Positions 47,774-57,836 of a DNA stretch of 64,000 bases are shown here, piece after piece. Position 1 is the stretch's first letter, and each line of letters starts with the position of its first letter. The stretch spans positions 1,218,538-1,282,537 of the forward strand of contig CAWKCK010000017.1 of assembly GCA_963848135.1 (NCBI GenBank), in the 5' to 3' direction. This DNA comes from an uncultured delta proteobacterium. Its GTDB lineage: Bacteria; Desulfobacterota; Desulfobacteria; Desulfobacterales; SG8-13. The notes beneath the pieces were generated by a model that was not told the DNA's origin, did not search any database, and was given only the letters and a program-made list of their open reading frames with translations. Both the position numbers and the translations under genes were made by a program.

Positions 47774-48355
47774 TCAGGGAATGTGCGCGCGGACATCTGT
47801 GGCCGTCATACCGGCTTTGCGGGCGGCCTCCAGACCGGGATTACCATCTTCGAAGACCTGGCAATAGGTGGGCGCGACACCCAGGCGCCGGGCGGCCTCC
47901 AGGAAAATCTGCGGGTCGGGTTTGGGTGCCACCGGGTCATCGGCCGTAATAACGGTGTTAAAGTACTCCGTCAGTCCGATGGCATCCAGGGTCAAAATAA
48001 CATTGTCACGGGTTCCGCCGGATGCGACGGCCATCGGCAAACGGCCCCAGTACTGCAGAACGATATTAGTGACGGGTTGGATCGGTTGGGCTTCCGCCAG
48101 TCGCAGGCGGGCGCGGCGGTTTTTCTCAGCAGCAAACGACTTGACGTCGATCTGGTGATTGTAACGACGATTGAATTCGGCAATGATTTTTTCGGCCGGC
48201 ATGCCTTTGACATGGTCGATGAACTCGGGTGGGCAGGACACTCCCCAAGCCTTGAAAGTGGCAGACCAGGCATCGATGTGGATGGGCATTGTATCCGCGA
48301 GGGTTCCGTCACAATCGAAGATCAGGCCTTTAATTTCCTTTGCTACGGCAATCAC
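47774..48355 (-). CDS. HAD-superfamily hydrolase (beta-phosphoglucomutase-like)
   Basis: GTG start after gggggat gives MIAVAKEIKGLIFDCDGTLADT.. (DxD motif). The track ORF extends further upstream. Confidence 0.8.
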   Translation of the reverse strand: MIAVAKEIKGLIFDCDGTLADTMPIHIDAWSATFKAWGVSCPPEFIDHVKGMPAEKIIAEFNRRYNHQIDVKSFAAEKNRRARLRLAEAQPIQPVTNIVLQYWGRLPMAVASGGTRDNVILTLDAIGLTEYFNTVITADDPVAPKPDPQIFLEAARRLGVAPTYCQVFEDGNPGLEAARKAGMTATDVRAHIP

Positions 48356-48632
48356 GGCGGTTATCCCCCCTAACGATTCGGCGATAGAACAGTGGCCTTT
48401 TATGTGGGGCGGGTATGGACACGAAGAATTTAAGCCAATCGTCACGACGTCGGTCTGGAGCACGAGGGTCGGGCCAACAAGTCCTTTGGGACCCGGACAA
48501 ACCGGGAATTCAATTGGCTTGGCGATATCCGCTGGTTGCCCTTTCCCTGGGACCGATTTTGGAATTTATTCTATAATAACGATATGAATCGACCCGTCAA
48601 AGAAAATATCGAGTAGACGGCGTTTTACCTAT

Positions 48633-51290
48633 TCACTCATCCTGCCAGTCCTCGCCCCATTCTTCGGAGGCAACGGCAGCCTTTGCCAGGACATCGAGCT
48701 TGGCGGCCTGCACCTTGCGGTATACCGACCGGTAGTCCTTTTTTTCACCGTCGACCCGCAATATATCATTATCGATGGAGATACCGAACAACCTTTCGTT
48801 CTCCTCGAGGTAGGGCAGAATCAGTTCCCAGTCTGCAGGTGTCAAATCCACGAACTCGCCACCGTTCAGCTGCCCTTCGACAGCCGTCCTATGCGGGTCC
48901 CTCAAGTAGATGGCGCCGCCCGAGGCCAGGGAAAAGAGGTTCGAACCGGGGTATGGGCGCTCTCGGGCGACAATATTACCGTTCGGATCGAATTCGAAAC
49001 CGTTCAGAACGACGAAGCCCCCACCATTGAGGGGATCGCCGGCCATGAAGGATTCGGCCAGAAAATCCAGGCACGTGCCGTTGATGACCACGCGGGGGCG
49101 TCCGACGGCGTTGATCAACGGCCGTCCGGCAGCATGACCCAGGATGTAGACGTCACCCCCTTTGGCGCCGTACATGAAGGTCTGGCCGACATCGCCGTGA
49201 ATAACCAGTTTCCCGCGTTTCATGATCTGCCCGAGCTGGTCCTGTGCGTTTCCATGGACATGGATCTCGAGGCCGTCGATGCCTGAAGCGAGGTAGTCAC
49301 CCGAGCTGTCGTAAACATCGATGCGCACACCGTCGGTATTGCTCAGCAGTCCGCACCCGGTGAATCGCTGCCCCTTGTACCCGTAACAGAGAAACTGCCG
49401 CCACCCCATTTTATAGGCCGCACAGATCAATCGCGCGTCGCAGTTATCGCCTTCCGGTGGAAACTCCCTGGCATTCACGACCAGTATTTTTTCCGGTTCC
49501 TGCGGGGACCGCAGCGCATCCCGCGTCGACCAATCGATATGACGGTAAATGCTGCTGCCGTTTATGTTGATTTTAGGCACGTTTATGAAGAGTGCGGTCA
49601 TGTTTTCTCTGACGATTTGAAGCGTCGAACTGCGCTTTTTGGCACCGGTTGCCAGCCGGCGGTCGTTCAGAAACGTCAGAACCTCGATCGCTTTGATCTT
49701 GGCGGCATCGCTTTTTGTGCCCTGGTCAACCAGTTCACGGCAGAAATGAACGAGCGCTGCATAATCCCACCGGGGAAGGTGGGTGGCGCCGTATTCTTTG
49801 AGGTCAGAGGTGTCGGCAGCTGCCAGGCCACTGGCCACCGCGGCGGAAATGTCATTTCCATTGTCGGCGGACCTCAGGGCAAGCGACGGCCGGAAGTGTG
49901 CCTGTCCTTCCGGTGTCTGGACAGTGGCGCCGAATTTGTTGGTGCAGACGAGCGCCTTGGAACCGTCGCCCCGGCCGGCATCCTTGACGGTGAAGAGAAA
50001 GGCCCCGCCGTCGGCGGCGCTGCCCCCGCGGGCGTTCCAATACCTGTCGGCCACCGGACAAAAGCGATCGTCTTCGGCCGCCAGGTTCTGCAGGGTGGCA
50101 TCGATGGCCTGCTTTTCCGAGCAAATCAGGCCGATCTGCACCTCGCCCTCCTGCAGGGCAAACACCTGCGGGCGCAGCATGGAGGTGTCGGTGATCCCGA
50201 TGAGCTGGAAGTAGTTCGCATAGGGATTGTTGCGGGCGATAATGAAAAACCAGGGGCCATCCGGCGAAGCATGAATGTGGGCCGACTGGATATATCGGTA
50301 GATACGCTGTTTTTCGGGTGACAGCCGGTCGAAGTCGTGCTCCGTGGTCGGTGCCATGGCCTCGATGATATATTCCATCGGGTACTCGAAAGTGCGGTTC
50401 AGCAGGTCCAGCAGCTGTACCGAAACCTCGGTGTCCGTTAGAAACTGGGGGTAGATGTTGTGCTGCTTCAGGTATTCGGAGACCGCATGGTAATTGGCGA
50501 AATCGCCATTGTGAACCAGGGCCTCGTCCATGCCGCTGAAGGGATGGGCGCCGCCGGGATGCCAAACCCGTCCCTTGGTCGGATACCGCTGGTGGGCGAT
50601 CCATCCATGGGCCTTGAAATCGTTGAGCATGTAATACTCGACGACTTTTTCGGCGTAGCCAACAATTTTGAGAATCATCAGATTGCGGGCGTGGGACAAA
50701 ACGAAGGCCCGCTGTTCCCCCAATGACGCGTAGAACGCCTGATTGATGCGGGTCGAGTTCTGGCAGATGAACTCGTCTTCGGCCTTGCGGGGATCCAAGT
50801 CCTGCAGCCGGTTGTCATCGATGAACCGTGCCAGCGCGTCTTTTCTGACGCGCACGAAATAGCGCCAGACATCCGGCGGCTTGACTTCCAACCCCTCGAT
50901 GTCACGGTAATCATCGACAGTCGGAAGCCGTTCGGCTTTGTGGACCTCCAAAAAGGGGGCAACATTGGCGGCTTCCACTTCGGGTCGGGCCGTCGTATCG
51001 AGCAGCGCCACCTGCAGCATGTAATGGGTGTCCAGGATGTCCTGCGTGACCCCCAGGCTCTCGGCCGAGAGCCCCACCGCGGCAATGCCGCCGCCCTTGC
51101 CGTTGCCCCGGTTGTGCATCTGGGTAGAGGGCTCATAGATATGGCGCCCCCGGACCGGGATCGAGGAGATAAAACCGGTAACACCGCAGCCCCCCTCTTC
51201 GGCGGCTTTCTTGTTTTGCACTGTGCCACGGGCAATTTTCGCCCGGGACGCCAGAATTCTATCTGTAATCGAATCGCGTCGATCTCTCAT
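48633..51290 (-). CDS. glutamate-synthase-like protein: class-II glutamine amidotransferase domain + C-terminal GXGXG domain
   Basis: 885 aa. ..GGCGVTGF.. Ntn-Cys. C-terminal ..HVHGNAQDQLG..VIHGDVGQTFMYGAKGGDVYILGHAAGRP... RBS aaggag. Confidence 0.85.
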   Translation of the reverse strand: MRDRRDSITDRILASRAKIARGTVQNKKAAEEGGCGVTGFISSIPVRGRHIYEPSTQMHNRGNGKGGGIAAVGLSAESLGVTQDILDTHYMLQVALLDTTARPEVEAANVAPFLEVHKAERLPTVDDYRDIEGLEVKPPDVWRYFVRVRKDALARFIDDNRLQDLDPRKAEDEFICQNSTRINQAFYASLGEQRAFVLSHARNLMILKIVGYAEKVVEYYMLNDFKAHGWIAHQRYPTKGRVWHPGGAHPFSGMDEALVHNGDFANYHAVSEYLKQHNIYPQFLTDTEVSVQLLDLLNRTFEYPMEYIIEAMAPTTEHDFDRLSPEKQRIYRYIQSAHIHASPDGPWFFIIARNNPYANYFQLIGITDTSMLRPQVFALQEGEVQIGLICSEKQAIDATLQNLAAEDDRFCPVADRYWNARGGSAADGGAFLFTVKDAGRGDGSKALVCTNKFGATVQTPEGQAHFRPSLALRSADNGNDISAAVASGLAAADTSDLKEYGATHLPRWDYAALVHFCRELVDQGTKSDAAKIKAIEVLTFLNDRRLATGAKKRSSTLQIVRENMTALFINVPKININGSSIYRHIDWSTRDALRSPQEPEKILVVNAREFPPEGDNCDARLICAAYKMGWRQFLCYGYKGQRFTGCGLLSNTDGVRIDVYDSSGDYLASGIDGLEIHVHGNAQDQLGQIMKRGKLVIHGDVGQTFMYGAKGGDVYILGHAAGRPLINAVGRPRVVINGTCLDFLAESFMAGDPLNGGGFVVLNGFEFDPNGNIVARERPYPGSNLFSLASGGAIYLRDPHRTAVEGQLNGGEFVDLTPADWELILPYLEENERLFGISIDNDILRVDGEKKDYRSVYRKVQAAKLDVLAKAAVASEEWGEDWQDE

Positions 51291-51376
51291 TTTTACTCCT
51301 TAGGGTTCACGAAAAAATAAGTTGGCAATTTTGGACGTTGAGGCGCCCAAAAGGAAAGTTATTTTTGAGTAAGCCC

Positions 51377-52927
51377 CTAAATAATCAACTGGTGACGGGG
51401 TGCGGGTTGATACCGGGCTCTTTGCACTTCGTCCAGGTAATCGAGGTGGACCAGCAGGTCGGAGCGTCCGACGAGCTCCCCCACACTTTGCATGCCGAAC
51501 TGCCGCAGTATGTCACACCACTGTTTGCGCCAGGCCATGTACATGTTGACAAGGCGCTGCTCGGTATAGGCTTCTGACATCATGTGGCCCAGTTCGTGAT
51601 CCGTAGAAGCGATGCCGCGGGCACAGCCGCGACCGCTCTCGCAGTTGCCACAGCGCACGCATTCCATCGCGACCAGTTCGGCGGTCCCGATGACCACGCC
51701 GTCGGCACCCAGGGCAATCGCCTTGGCCACGTCCATCGCGTTGCGGATCCCGCCGCTGGCAATCAGGCAGACTTCGTCCCGGATCCCCTCGTTCTTCAGG
51801 AATTGATGCACCTTCGGAATGGCGTACTCGATGGGCATGGCGATATTTTTCTTGGCGATGTCAGGCGCCGCACCGGTCCCACCGTAACTGCCGTCGATAT
51901 GGATGATGTGGGCGCCGGCGTAGTAGCTGCCGACGGCCACCATGTCCACGTCCGTGGGCGTCGACACTTTCACTGAAACCAGGCCGCGGGGATTGACTTC
52001 TTTAACCCAGTCGACATGCTTCTTGTGATCTTCAACCGAATAAACGCTGTGAAAGGGAAAGGGCGAAAAAAGTGAGCTGCCCACCACTGTTTCACGCATG
52101 GCGGCGACCTCCGGAGTCACCTTGTCACCCAGCAGGTGCCCACCCAGACCGGGCTTGGCGCCCTGGGCGTATTTGAACTCGATCACCGGCGCGCACTGGA
52201 TTGTCTCTTCACGGACTCCAAACAAACCGGTGGCAACCTGGGTGATGACGTAATCGGCGTATGGGAGGAACTCCTTGGGATATCCCCCCTCACCGGTACA
52301 CGTAAGGGTGTTCAGCCGGGCCGCGGCCCGGGCCCGGCCAACTAGTGCCGTGAGAGCCATGGAACCATAGGACATGCCGCCGCTGTAGCACGGCAGAGAA
52401 AGCCGTCGTTCCGGGCGACCGTCTTTTCTCTTGTTGAGATCGAGCCCCAGATCGATCTCCTCATCGCTGACATCACGATAGTCTGCGGGGTCAGACAGCT
52501 TAAACCGGATCTTGTCGAATCCACCGCCGGAGCATCCAAGATTGTACTCCAGACCCACGGTGGGAAGGTTGCCGGTTTCGGCCATTTCCCAATGGGCGAG
52601 CAGCATTTCGGACGTCCAACGATAGTCTCCCAAAGTTTCCAGAACCGGGTTAAGCCGCAGTGTCAAGGCCTTTTCCGGGCAGCGGTCGATACAGTAGTAG
52701 TCGTTTTCCTTACACTTGAACCCGATGCACTTGTGATCGATTGGTCGGAGCGACTTTGAATATTCTTTGTAGCGGGGATGGACCCCGTAGGGACAGAGTT
52801 CGGCGCACAGTCCGCAGGAAATGCAGGCCGAGCTGCGTTTGATGGTATATTTGCCGATCGTATTGCGAAACCGCGACCGGGCTTCTTTTGTTTCAGGCAA
52901 TTTCGTGGTGTGTGGTGTATGTTTCAT
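51377..52927 (-). CDS. ferredoxin-fused glutamate-synthase FMN-domain protein
   Basis: Start at MKHTPH... 2x[4Fe-4S] motifs (CISCGLCAELCP..), ..EFKYAQGAKPGLGGHL.., ..IHIDGSYGGTGAAP.., ..ASGGIRN... Confidence 0.85.
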   Translation of the reverse strand: MKHTPHTTKLPETKEARSRFRNTIGKYTIKRSSACISCGLCAELCPYGVHPRYKEYSKSLRPIDHKCIGFKCKENDYYCIDRCPEKALTLRLNPVLETLGDYRWTSEMLLAHWEMAETGNLPTVGLEYNLGCSGGGFDKIRFKLSDPADYRDVSDEEIDLGLDLNKRKDGRPERRLSLPCYSGGMSYGSMALTALVGRARAAARLNTLTCTGEGGYPKEFLPYADYVITQVATGLFGVREETIQCAPVIEFKYAQGAKPGLGGHLLGDKVTPEVAAMRETVVGSSLFSPFPFHSVYSVEDHKKHVDWVKEVNPRGLVSVKVSTPTDVDMVAVGSYYAGAHIIHIDGSYGGTGAAPDIAKKNIAMPIEYAIPKVHQFLKNEGIRDEVCLIASGGIRNAMDVAKAIALGADGVVIGTAELVAMECVRCGNCESGRGCARGIASTDHELGHMMSEAYTEQRLVNMYMAWRKQWCDILRQFGMQSVGELVGRSDLLVHLDYLDEVQRARYQPAPRHQLII

Positions 52928-52932
52928 TGTCT

Positions 52933-54345
52933 CTATCCCAGTCCTGATACTTTGCGTTCTCCGAAAATAGGGCCGAAATGATCGCGTTCCAGGTCTTCGA
53001 ACCACATGGACCGCCCCACTTCGCCCCGCAACCGCCTGGCCTCCCGGATGCCCATGGCACCCATCAGTTCGATCAATTGGCTGTGCCAGGCGCCGATGAG
53101 GTTGACAATTCGCTGGCTACCCCAGCGGGTATCGAACGGTTGATCCAGATCGACCGGACAGCTGAGACCATTGCGGCACCGGCCGCACAGCCGGCACTCC
53201 ATGGCAATCAACAGGGCCAGATCGGCCGTGACGGCGTCGGCACCGCAGATGAGCGCTTTGGCCATGTGCTCAGCCATGGCGATCCCGCCTGAAAAAACCA
53301 GGTTGATCTGCTGACGAACGGCGTTTTCCACCAGTTCCAGGTGGATCTCACGGATCATTTCCTTCAAGAACCGCGGGTTCTGCGAATCGCGTTCGTTGCC
53401 GTGATCATCGGCATTGAAATGCAGGGTATCGACGCCTGTTCTGGCCAAGTCACGCGCGCGGCCGGCCGCCCGCGCGTCAAGGGGCATCCCGACCATGATC
53501 AGCACGTCCGGGTGGATACGACGAACAGTATCGAATACTGTTTCAATCCCCGGGCCATCGACCAGTTCAACGACCCGGCTGTGCCGAATCATGTCGCTGT
53601 GCGCCTCGAGGTCGTCGCGGGTCAGGCAGGGAATCAAGCTGTCGGCATAAGGCCCCAAGGCCTCGGTGACATCCTGAGGCCTGACGAACATCAGGGTCCC
53701 CAGCCGTCGGGCAGCCCTGGCCGCCGAAAGCAGGACATGTTCGTTTATGACCAGATCCTTCGACAGTTTGAACAACAGCGGGAGCGGAATCTCGAGAATC
53801 GGTGGCACGGACGAGGCCAGAGACATATCCGAATTGAATTCCAAGCGGGTGATCCGGCGGGAAAGCTCGATGCTGGTATTGATGTACTCTCGACCGTGGA
53901 TGCCATCACGCGTCGGCCGCACGATCTCGGACATATCGGTCCACATGGCGTCGAAACCGGGTCCCACAAAAGGACCGCGATACCCCGCCCCGGAAACCGG
54001 TATTTTACCCATGTGGGCCTGGTACCAGAGTCGGTGGAGAATGTCCGCTCGCCAGTAGTCGTCGCCCAAGGTGCGGTAGTCCGGGTTGATCGTGCGGGAA
54101 AATATGCCCTTGGTGCACTCCTGAATGCAGCGAAAACAGCTCATGCAGGTGTAGAGGTACTCCGGCTCGTCCATGGCACTCATGTGCAAGACGTTTTCGT
54201 TGAAGATATTGTAGACGCATTTCTTCTTGACGCATTTTCGACAGCTACCGGCACAGTTCTCTCGAAACTCGACCGTCGCATACTTGCCGATCGGGTGAAA
54301 TCGTGGCGCCGCCATATCCGTGTGAATCTGATACTTTTGGGGCAT
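52933..54345 (-). CDS. Fe-S + degenerate glutamate-synthase-FMN-domain-related protein
   Basis: Start at MPQKYQIH.. after ggagac. Cys clusters present. ..LVFSGGIAMAEHMAKALICGADAV..MECRLCGRC... Confidence 0.75.
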   Translation of the reverse strand: MPQKYQIHTDMAAPRFHPIGKYATVEFRENCAGSCRKCVKKKCVYNIFNENVLHMSAMDEPEYLYTCMSCFRCIQECTKGIFSRTINPDYRTLGDDYWRADILHRLWYQAHMGKIPVSGAGYRGPFVGPGFDAMWTDMSEIVRPTRDGIHGREYINTSIELSRRITRLEFNSDMSLASSVPPILEIPLPLLFKLSKDLVINEHVLLSAARAARRLGTLMFVRPQDVTEALGPYADSLIPCLTRDDLEAHSDMIRHSRVVELVDGPGIETVFDTVRRIHPDVLIMVGMPLDARAAGRARDLARTGVDTLHFNADDHGNERDSQNPRFLKEMIREIHLELVENAVRQQINLVFSGGIAMAEHMAKALICGADAVTADLALLIAMECRLCGRCRNGLSCPVDLDQPFDTRWGSQRIVNLIGAWHSQLIELMGAMGIREARRLRGEVGRSMWFEDLERDHFGPIFGERKVSGLG

Positions 54346-54784
54346 GGATGTCTCCGATACAGTCTTCTTTTTTCCGGTTTTCAATTGGCTACCGGACTTT
54401 TTTAATAATCCCTCTATCCTTTCTTATAAGAAGGGGAAAATTCCCCTCCCTCTATCAAAGGGAGCCCGGGAAAGATGTTGGATGTGATTGCATTTACACA
54501 ACAATACAAATAAATTCCAATTTGCGATAGGTAATGAACCAAACAGGTTTGTAATCTTGAATTTTGGTCATTGCGATTTGTTTGTTATTTGCGAATTGGA
54601 ATTTTTCACCGTAACTTAAAAGTTTCCTTTTCGAACAAGCTGGAAGCTTGCAGCTAGAGGCAGTGCTGAATGTTGAACCTCTAACTGGGAACCTTATATG
54701 CTTTCAATTGCGCCGCTCAAGGCAGTCAAAACAAAATGACACGACACTCGTCGACCGATGTAGGCCCTTCTTTAGGGCATCCCA

Positions 54785-55708
54785 CTACGGGCGCGGCAGG
54801 AGACCGGCAGCCTCGACGATCTCGCGTACGATTTCTTCCCACTCGATGGCCATGATGTGTATACCGTGAAGCCCATCGATCTGACGGAGTTCGGCAATAG
54901 TTTCCAGGCAGATTTTTAAGCCCTCGTCGGCCGCCTTCTCCTTGGAAACACCGCCCATCCGTTGAATCAAATGATCGGGGACGTCCATTCCCGCCACCTT
55001 TTTGGACATGTAGCGGGCCATACCGGCGGATTTCAGCGGGGTCACGCCGGCCAGGATATGAACCTTTTCGGTCAGACCTTCCTCGTGCGCCATCTTCATC
55101 CATTGTTTGAACCGATCCATGTTGTAGACGCATTGGGTCTGGATGAAATCAGCACCGGCCTCGATTTTCTTTGCCAGCCGAATAATCCGGTACTCAAAGG
55201 GATCGGCAAACGGATTGGCGGCGGCCCCGATGAACATGCATGGTGGCTCCTTGAGTGCAAAGCCACTCATGTCGCCGCCTTCATCCCGCATGTCCTTGAC
55301 CGTCCGCAGAAGGTTCATCGAGTCGATATCGAATACATTCAAGGCGTCGGGTTGGCTGCCGAAGCTCTGGTGATCGCCAGAAAGGCAAAGGATGTTTCTG
55401 ATCCCGAGGGAATATGCCCCTAAAATGTCCGACTGCAGTGCAATTCGGTTGCGGTCGCGGGTCACCATCTGCATGACCGGCTCGAGCCCCAGTCCCAATA
55501 GATGGACACTGGCCGCGATGCTGGACATGCGCACAATCGCCGTCTGGTTGTCGGTCACATTGATGGCATCCGCACATCCCTGCAACAATTGCCCCTTCTT
55601 GTGAACCACTTCGGGATCGGCGCCGCGGGGCGGGCCGCATTCAGCCGTCACGGCAAAACCGCCGTCGGACAAAACGCTCTGCAATCGACTGATGCAATCA
55701 GTTTTCAT
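54785..55708 (-). CDS. metF: methylenetetrahydrofolate reductase (acetogen-type MetF)
   Basis: 307 aa MTHFR fold (..AINVTDNQTA.., ..FIQTQCVYN..). ATGA overlap with the upstream gene. Confidence 0.9.
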   Translation of the reverse strand: MKTDCISRLQSVLSDGGFAVTAECGPPRGADPEVVHKKGQLLQGCADAINVTDNQTAIVRMSSIAASVHLLGLGLEPVMQMVTRDRNRIALQSDILGAYSLGIRNILCLSGDHQSFGSQPDALNVFDIDSMNLLRTVKDMRDEGGDMSGFALKEPPCMFIGAAANPFADPFEYRIIRLAKKIEAGADFIQTQCVYNMDRFKQWMKMAHEEGLTEKVHILAGVTPLKSAGMARYMSKKVAGMDVPDHLIQRMGGVSKEKAADEGLKICLETIAELRQIDGLHGIHIMAIEWEEIVREIVEAAGLLPRP

Positions 55709-56373
55709 ATTTCATGATCCTCTCTAGTAAGTTTGCGAGGCCCGGAGGCAAGGCTGGCGCACCAGTTTTTGGGCGGAAGATACACTTTCAGGTTGGCGGT
55801 TTGCCCCAGGGCCGTCAGCCGCTCGATGATCAGATGCCAGGCACAGTCGGTATCCGGGTTGACCTCACATTTGCCTTGGCGTGAGCCGCCGCAAGGACCA
55901 TTCACCAGTTTTTTAGCGCAGCGGGTAAACGGGCAGACCCCGCCGAACAGGGCCAGCTTGCAGTCTCCGCAACCGGCGCACTCTTCGGTGAAAAGACCCG
56001 GCTTTTCAAGAACGCCCATGAAGGTCGTGTTAACTCCCGGCAGAACGGGTGTCGTTTTAAATCGTCGGGCCAGCGCCTGAACCCCGGCGCCGCAGGCCAA
56101 CGACAGGACGGATTCGTTTCGGGCAATTGCCTCAGCGCTTTCCTGAATGAACTCGTCCTCACACTGCCGTTCGACCGTCAACTCCTCGACTTCGATGTCC
56201 CGGCCCTCTATTTTAACGGCCAGTCGCAAGGCCGCGGCCATCACGGCGACCTCGTCTTCACCACCGGCAAAACAAGTTTTGACACAGGTGCCGCATCCAA
56301 GGAGCAGGATTTTCTTGTAGGGGGCGACGATTTCCTTGATTTCTGCAATGGATTTCTGTTCTGCTACAATCAT
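55705..56373 (-). CDS. metV: MTHFR C-terminal-domain/zinc-ribbon Fe-S protein (MetV-like)
   Basis: 222 aa and Cys-rich (..CGTCVKTC.., ..CAGCGDC.., ..CPFTRC..NGPCGG..). Translationally coupled to metF. Confidence 0.8.
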   Translation of the reverse strand: MIVAEQKSIAEIKEIVAPYKKILLLGCGTCVKTCFAGGEDEVAVMAAALRLAVKIEGRDIEVEELTVERQCEDEFIQESAEAIARNESVLSLACGAGVQALARRFKTTPVLPGVNTTFMGVLEKPGLFTEECAGCGDCKLALFGGVCPFTRCAKKLVNGPCGGSRQGKCEVNPDTDCAWHLIIERLTALGQTANLKVYLPPKNWCASLASGPRKLTREDHEI

Positions 56374-56861
56374 TTTTCAACTCCAGTCGAGACCCAATTA
56401 AGTCTCATGGTAAACGTTCATGGCCTCAAAGGGCCACCACGATACATGAAAATTCTATTTTCGTACGAAAGCAGTTGTGCTAGTTGAGTCGGTTAGGCCG
56501 GTTATGTCAGTTAAAAGATATCATCGATTTTATCGACTAAACCCTCATGCCCCTTATGCCGTCACGGTTTATGAAAATGACGCGTCAGAGCTCAGATGAG
56601 CGGTTGAGAACAGCGGTTGACTGTCTGAGTTGCCTACAGGATCTTAGGCCGGACCCGATGTCATTGCCGCATAAAACTCACAACCTCCAAGCATAATTCC
56701 ATACTTTTTTTGAAGACGGGCCTGGTTCGGGCTTAGGCCTCGTTGGCGGCGAATTTCAGCCGCAAATCGAAACCGGTTTCCGGGCGCAGGCGCCCGCTTT
56801 GTTTTCGTACTGAGGGAAGCTGCGCTTCCTGTTGATAACCAGGCTCTATCTCCGCGATTGT

Positions 56862-57278
56862 TCACGGCAGATCCCGTGCAGCCGGATTGCGACCCAGAAC
56901 CGCCATTTGTCCCAGGATATCTTGAATGATACGGTCGACTGCCGCCGTGTCACCGGGATGCAGGTTGAAAAGAGACAGCCGCTTGCCGTTAAGACCAATA
57001 TCGTCCAGTAAAGCCTGGACCCACCGCACACGCTTTTTGGCACGCAGATTACCTTCGACGTACCGACAGGCGCCATCGGGGCAAACCAGAACGACCACGG
57101 CATCGGCACCGGCCTCGAACGCCCGCAAAAGGAATACGTCTTTCACCATGCTCGAACACGGCAACTTCACAAATTTGGACGCGAATTTCTCGCCTCCGGC
57201 CAGCGGCGACGCATCACCCTCTCCAAACGTGTTGATGCAATGGAATACCGTGATTTTGGGTTTGAACACTTGCCCCAT
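56862..57278 (-). CDS. mvhD: MvhD/FlpD-like hydrogenase iron-sulfur (delta) subunit
   Basis: Start at MGQVFKPKITVFHC.. after aggaaaac. ..KLPCSSMV..VVVLVCPDGACRY... Confidence 0.8.
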   Translation of the reverse strand: MGQVFKPKITVFHCINTFGEGDASPLAGGEKFASKFVKLPCSSMVKDVFLLRAFEAGADAVVVLVCPDGACRYVEGNLRAKKRVRWVQALLDDIGLNGKRLSLFNLHPGDTAAVDRIIQDILGQMAVLGRNPAARDLP

Positions 57279-57315
57279 ATTCGTTTTCCTAACGTTTATT
57301 GGACCCATTTAAAAA

Positions 57316-57360
57316 GCAAAAAAAAGACGCCCCTCCTCACTCTGGAGATAGGGACGTCTT
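57316..57360 (-). terminator. intrinsic-terminator-like hairpin + U-run located 40 nt upstream of mvhD
   Basis: Minus strand reads aagacgtccct..aggggcgtctt followed by tttttt. Confidence 0.55.
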
Positions 57361-57602
57361 TGTCCGAACAATGCAAGCTAATGAACTTTGGGCGCCATTG
57401 TCCAAAGTTTTCGAAATTACAGTGAATTAAGGGGAGCCCTTTTTATGTTTTTCCATTATCCTTGTCAAGGAAAATTTTTCTGGATGATGTATTGACTTTT
57501 CAGGGAAACCAGGATCATGATTAGACTTTCCGGCCGAACACCGCTTGACACCCAAGCGAAATCTCTGGAGGGCTGTCAGCACACGGTCGAAGTTCATATT
57601 TA

Positions 57603-57745
57603 GTGTCCGTCCATAAATGGCCCTTTTTCCTCTGAACGGCGTTCTCCGCGGGTTTTGATCCTCAACGTAGACAGGCTACGCTTGTGGTCAAAACCCTTGT
57701 GCGGCCTTGCCCAGAGAAAAAATTGCTCATTTATGAATCGGACAC
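57603..57745. repeat. 143-bp nested palindrome
   Basis: gtgtccgtccataaatg..gggttttgatc..gtag-acagg-ctac..ggtcaaaaccc..catttatgaatcggacac. Confidence 0.6.
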
Positions 57746-57836
57746 TGACACAGGTGCCCATCGATGTTTTCAACAATCTTGGATGGGCACTATTTAATTA
57801 ATACAATCAAAATTATACCGGAGATTAGCGCAAACG

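Noticed and set aside
49539-50604. Long ORFs antisense or out of frame within the GC-rich genes (for example 49539-50321+, 49852-50604-, 53341-54405+, 16553-16903-, 22837-23211+, 42966-43424-)
   Set aside because: They are embedded in genes with clear family signatures on the other frame or strand. Their composition is Arg/Pro/Gly-biased, they lack an RBS, and they are typical GC shadow ORFs.
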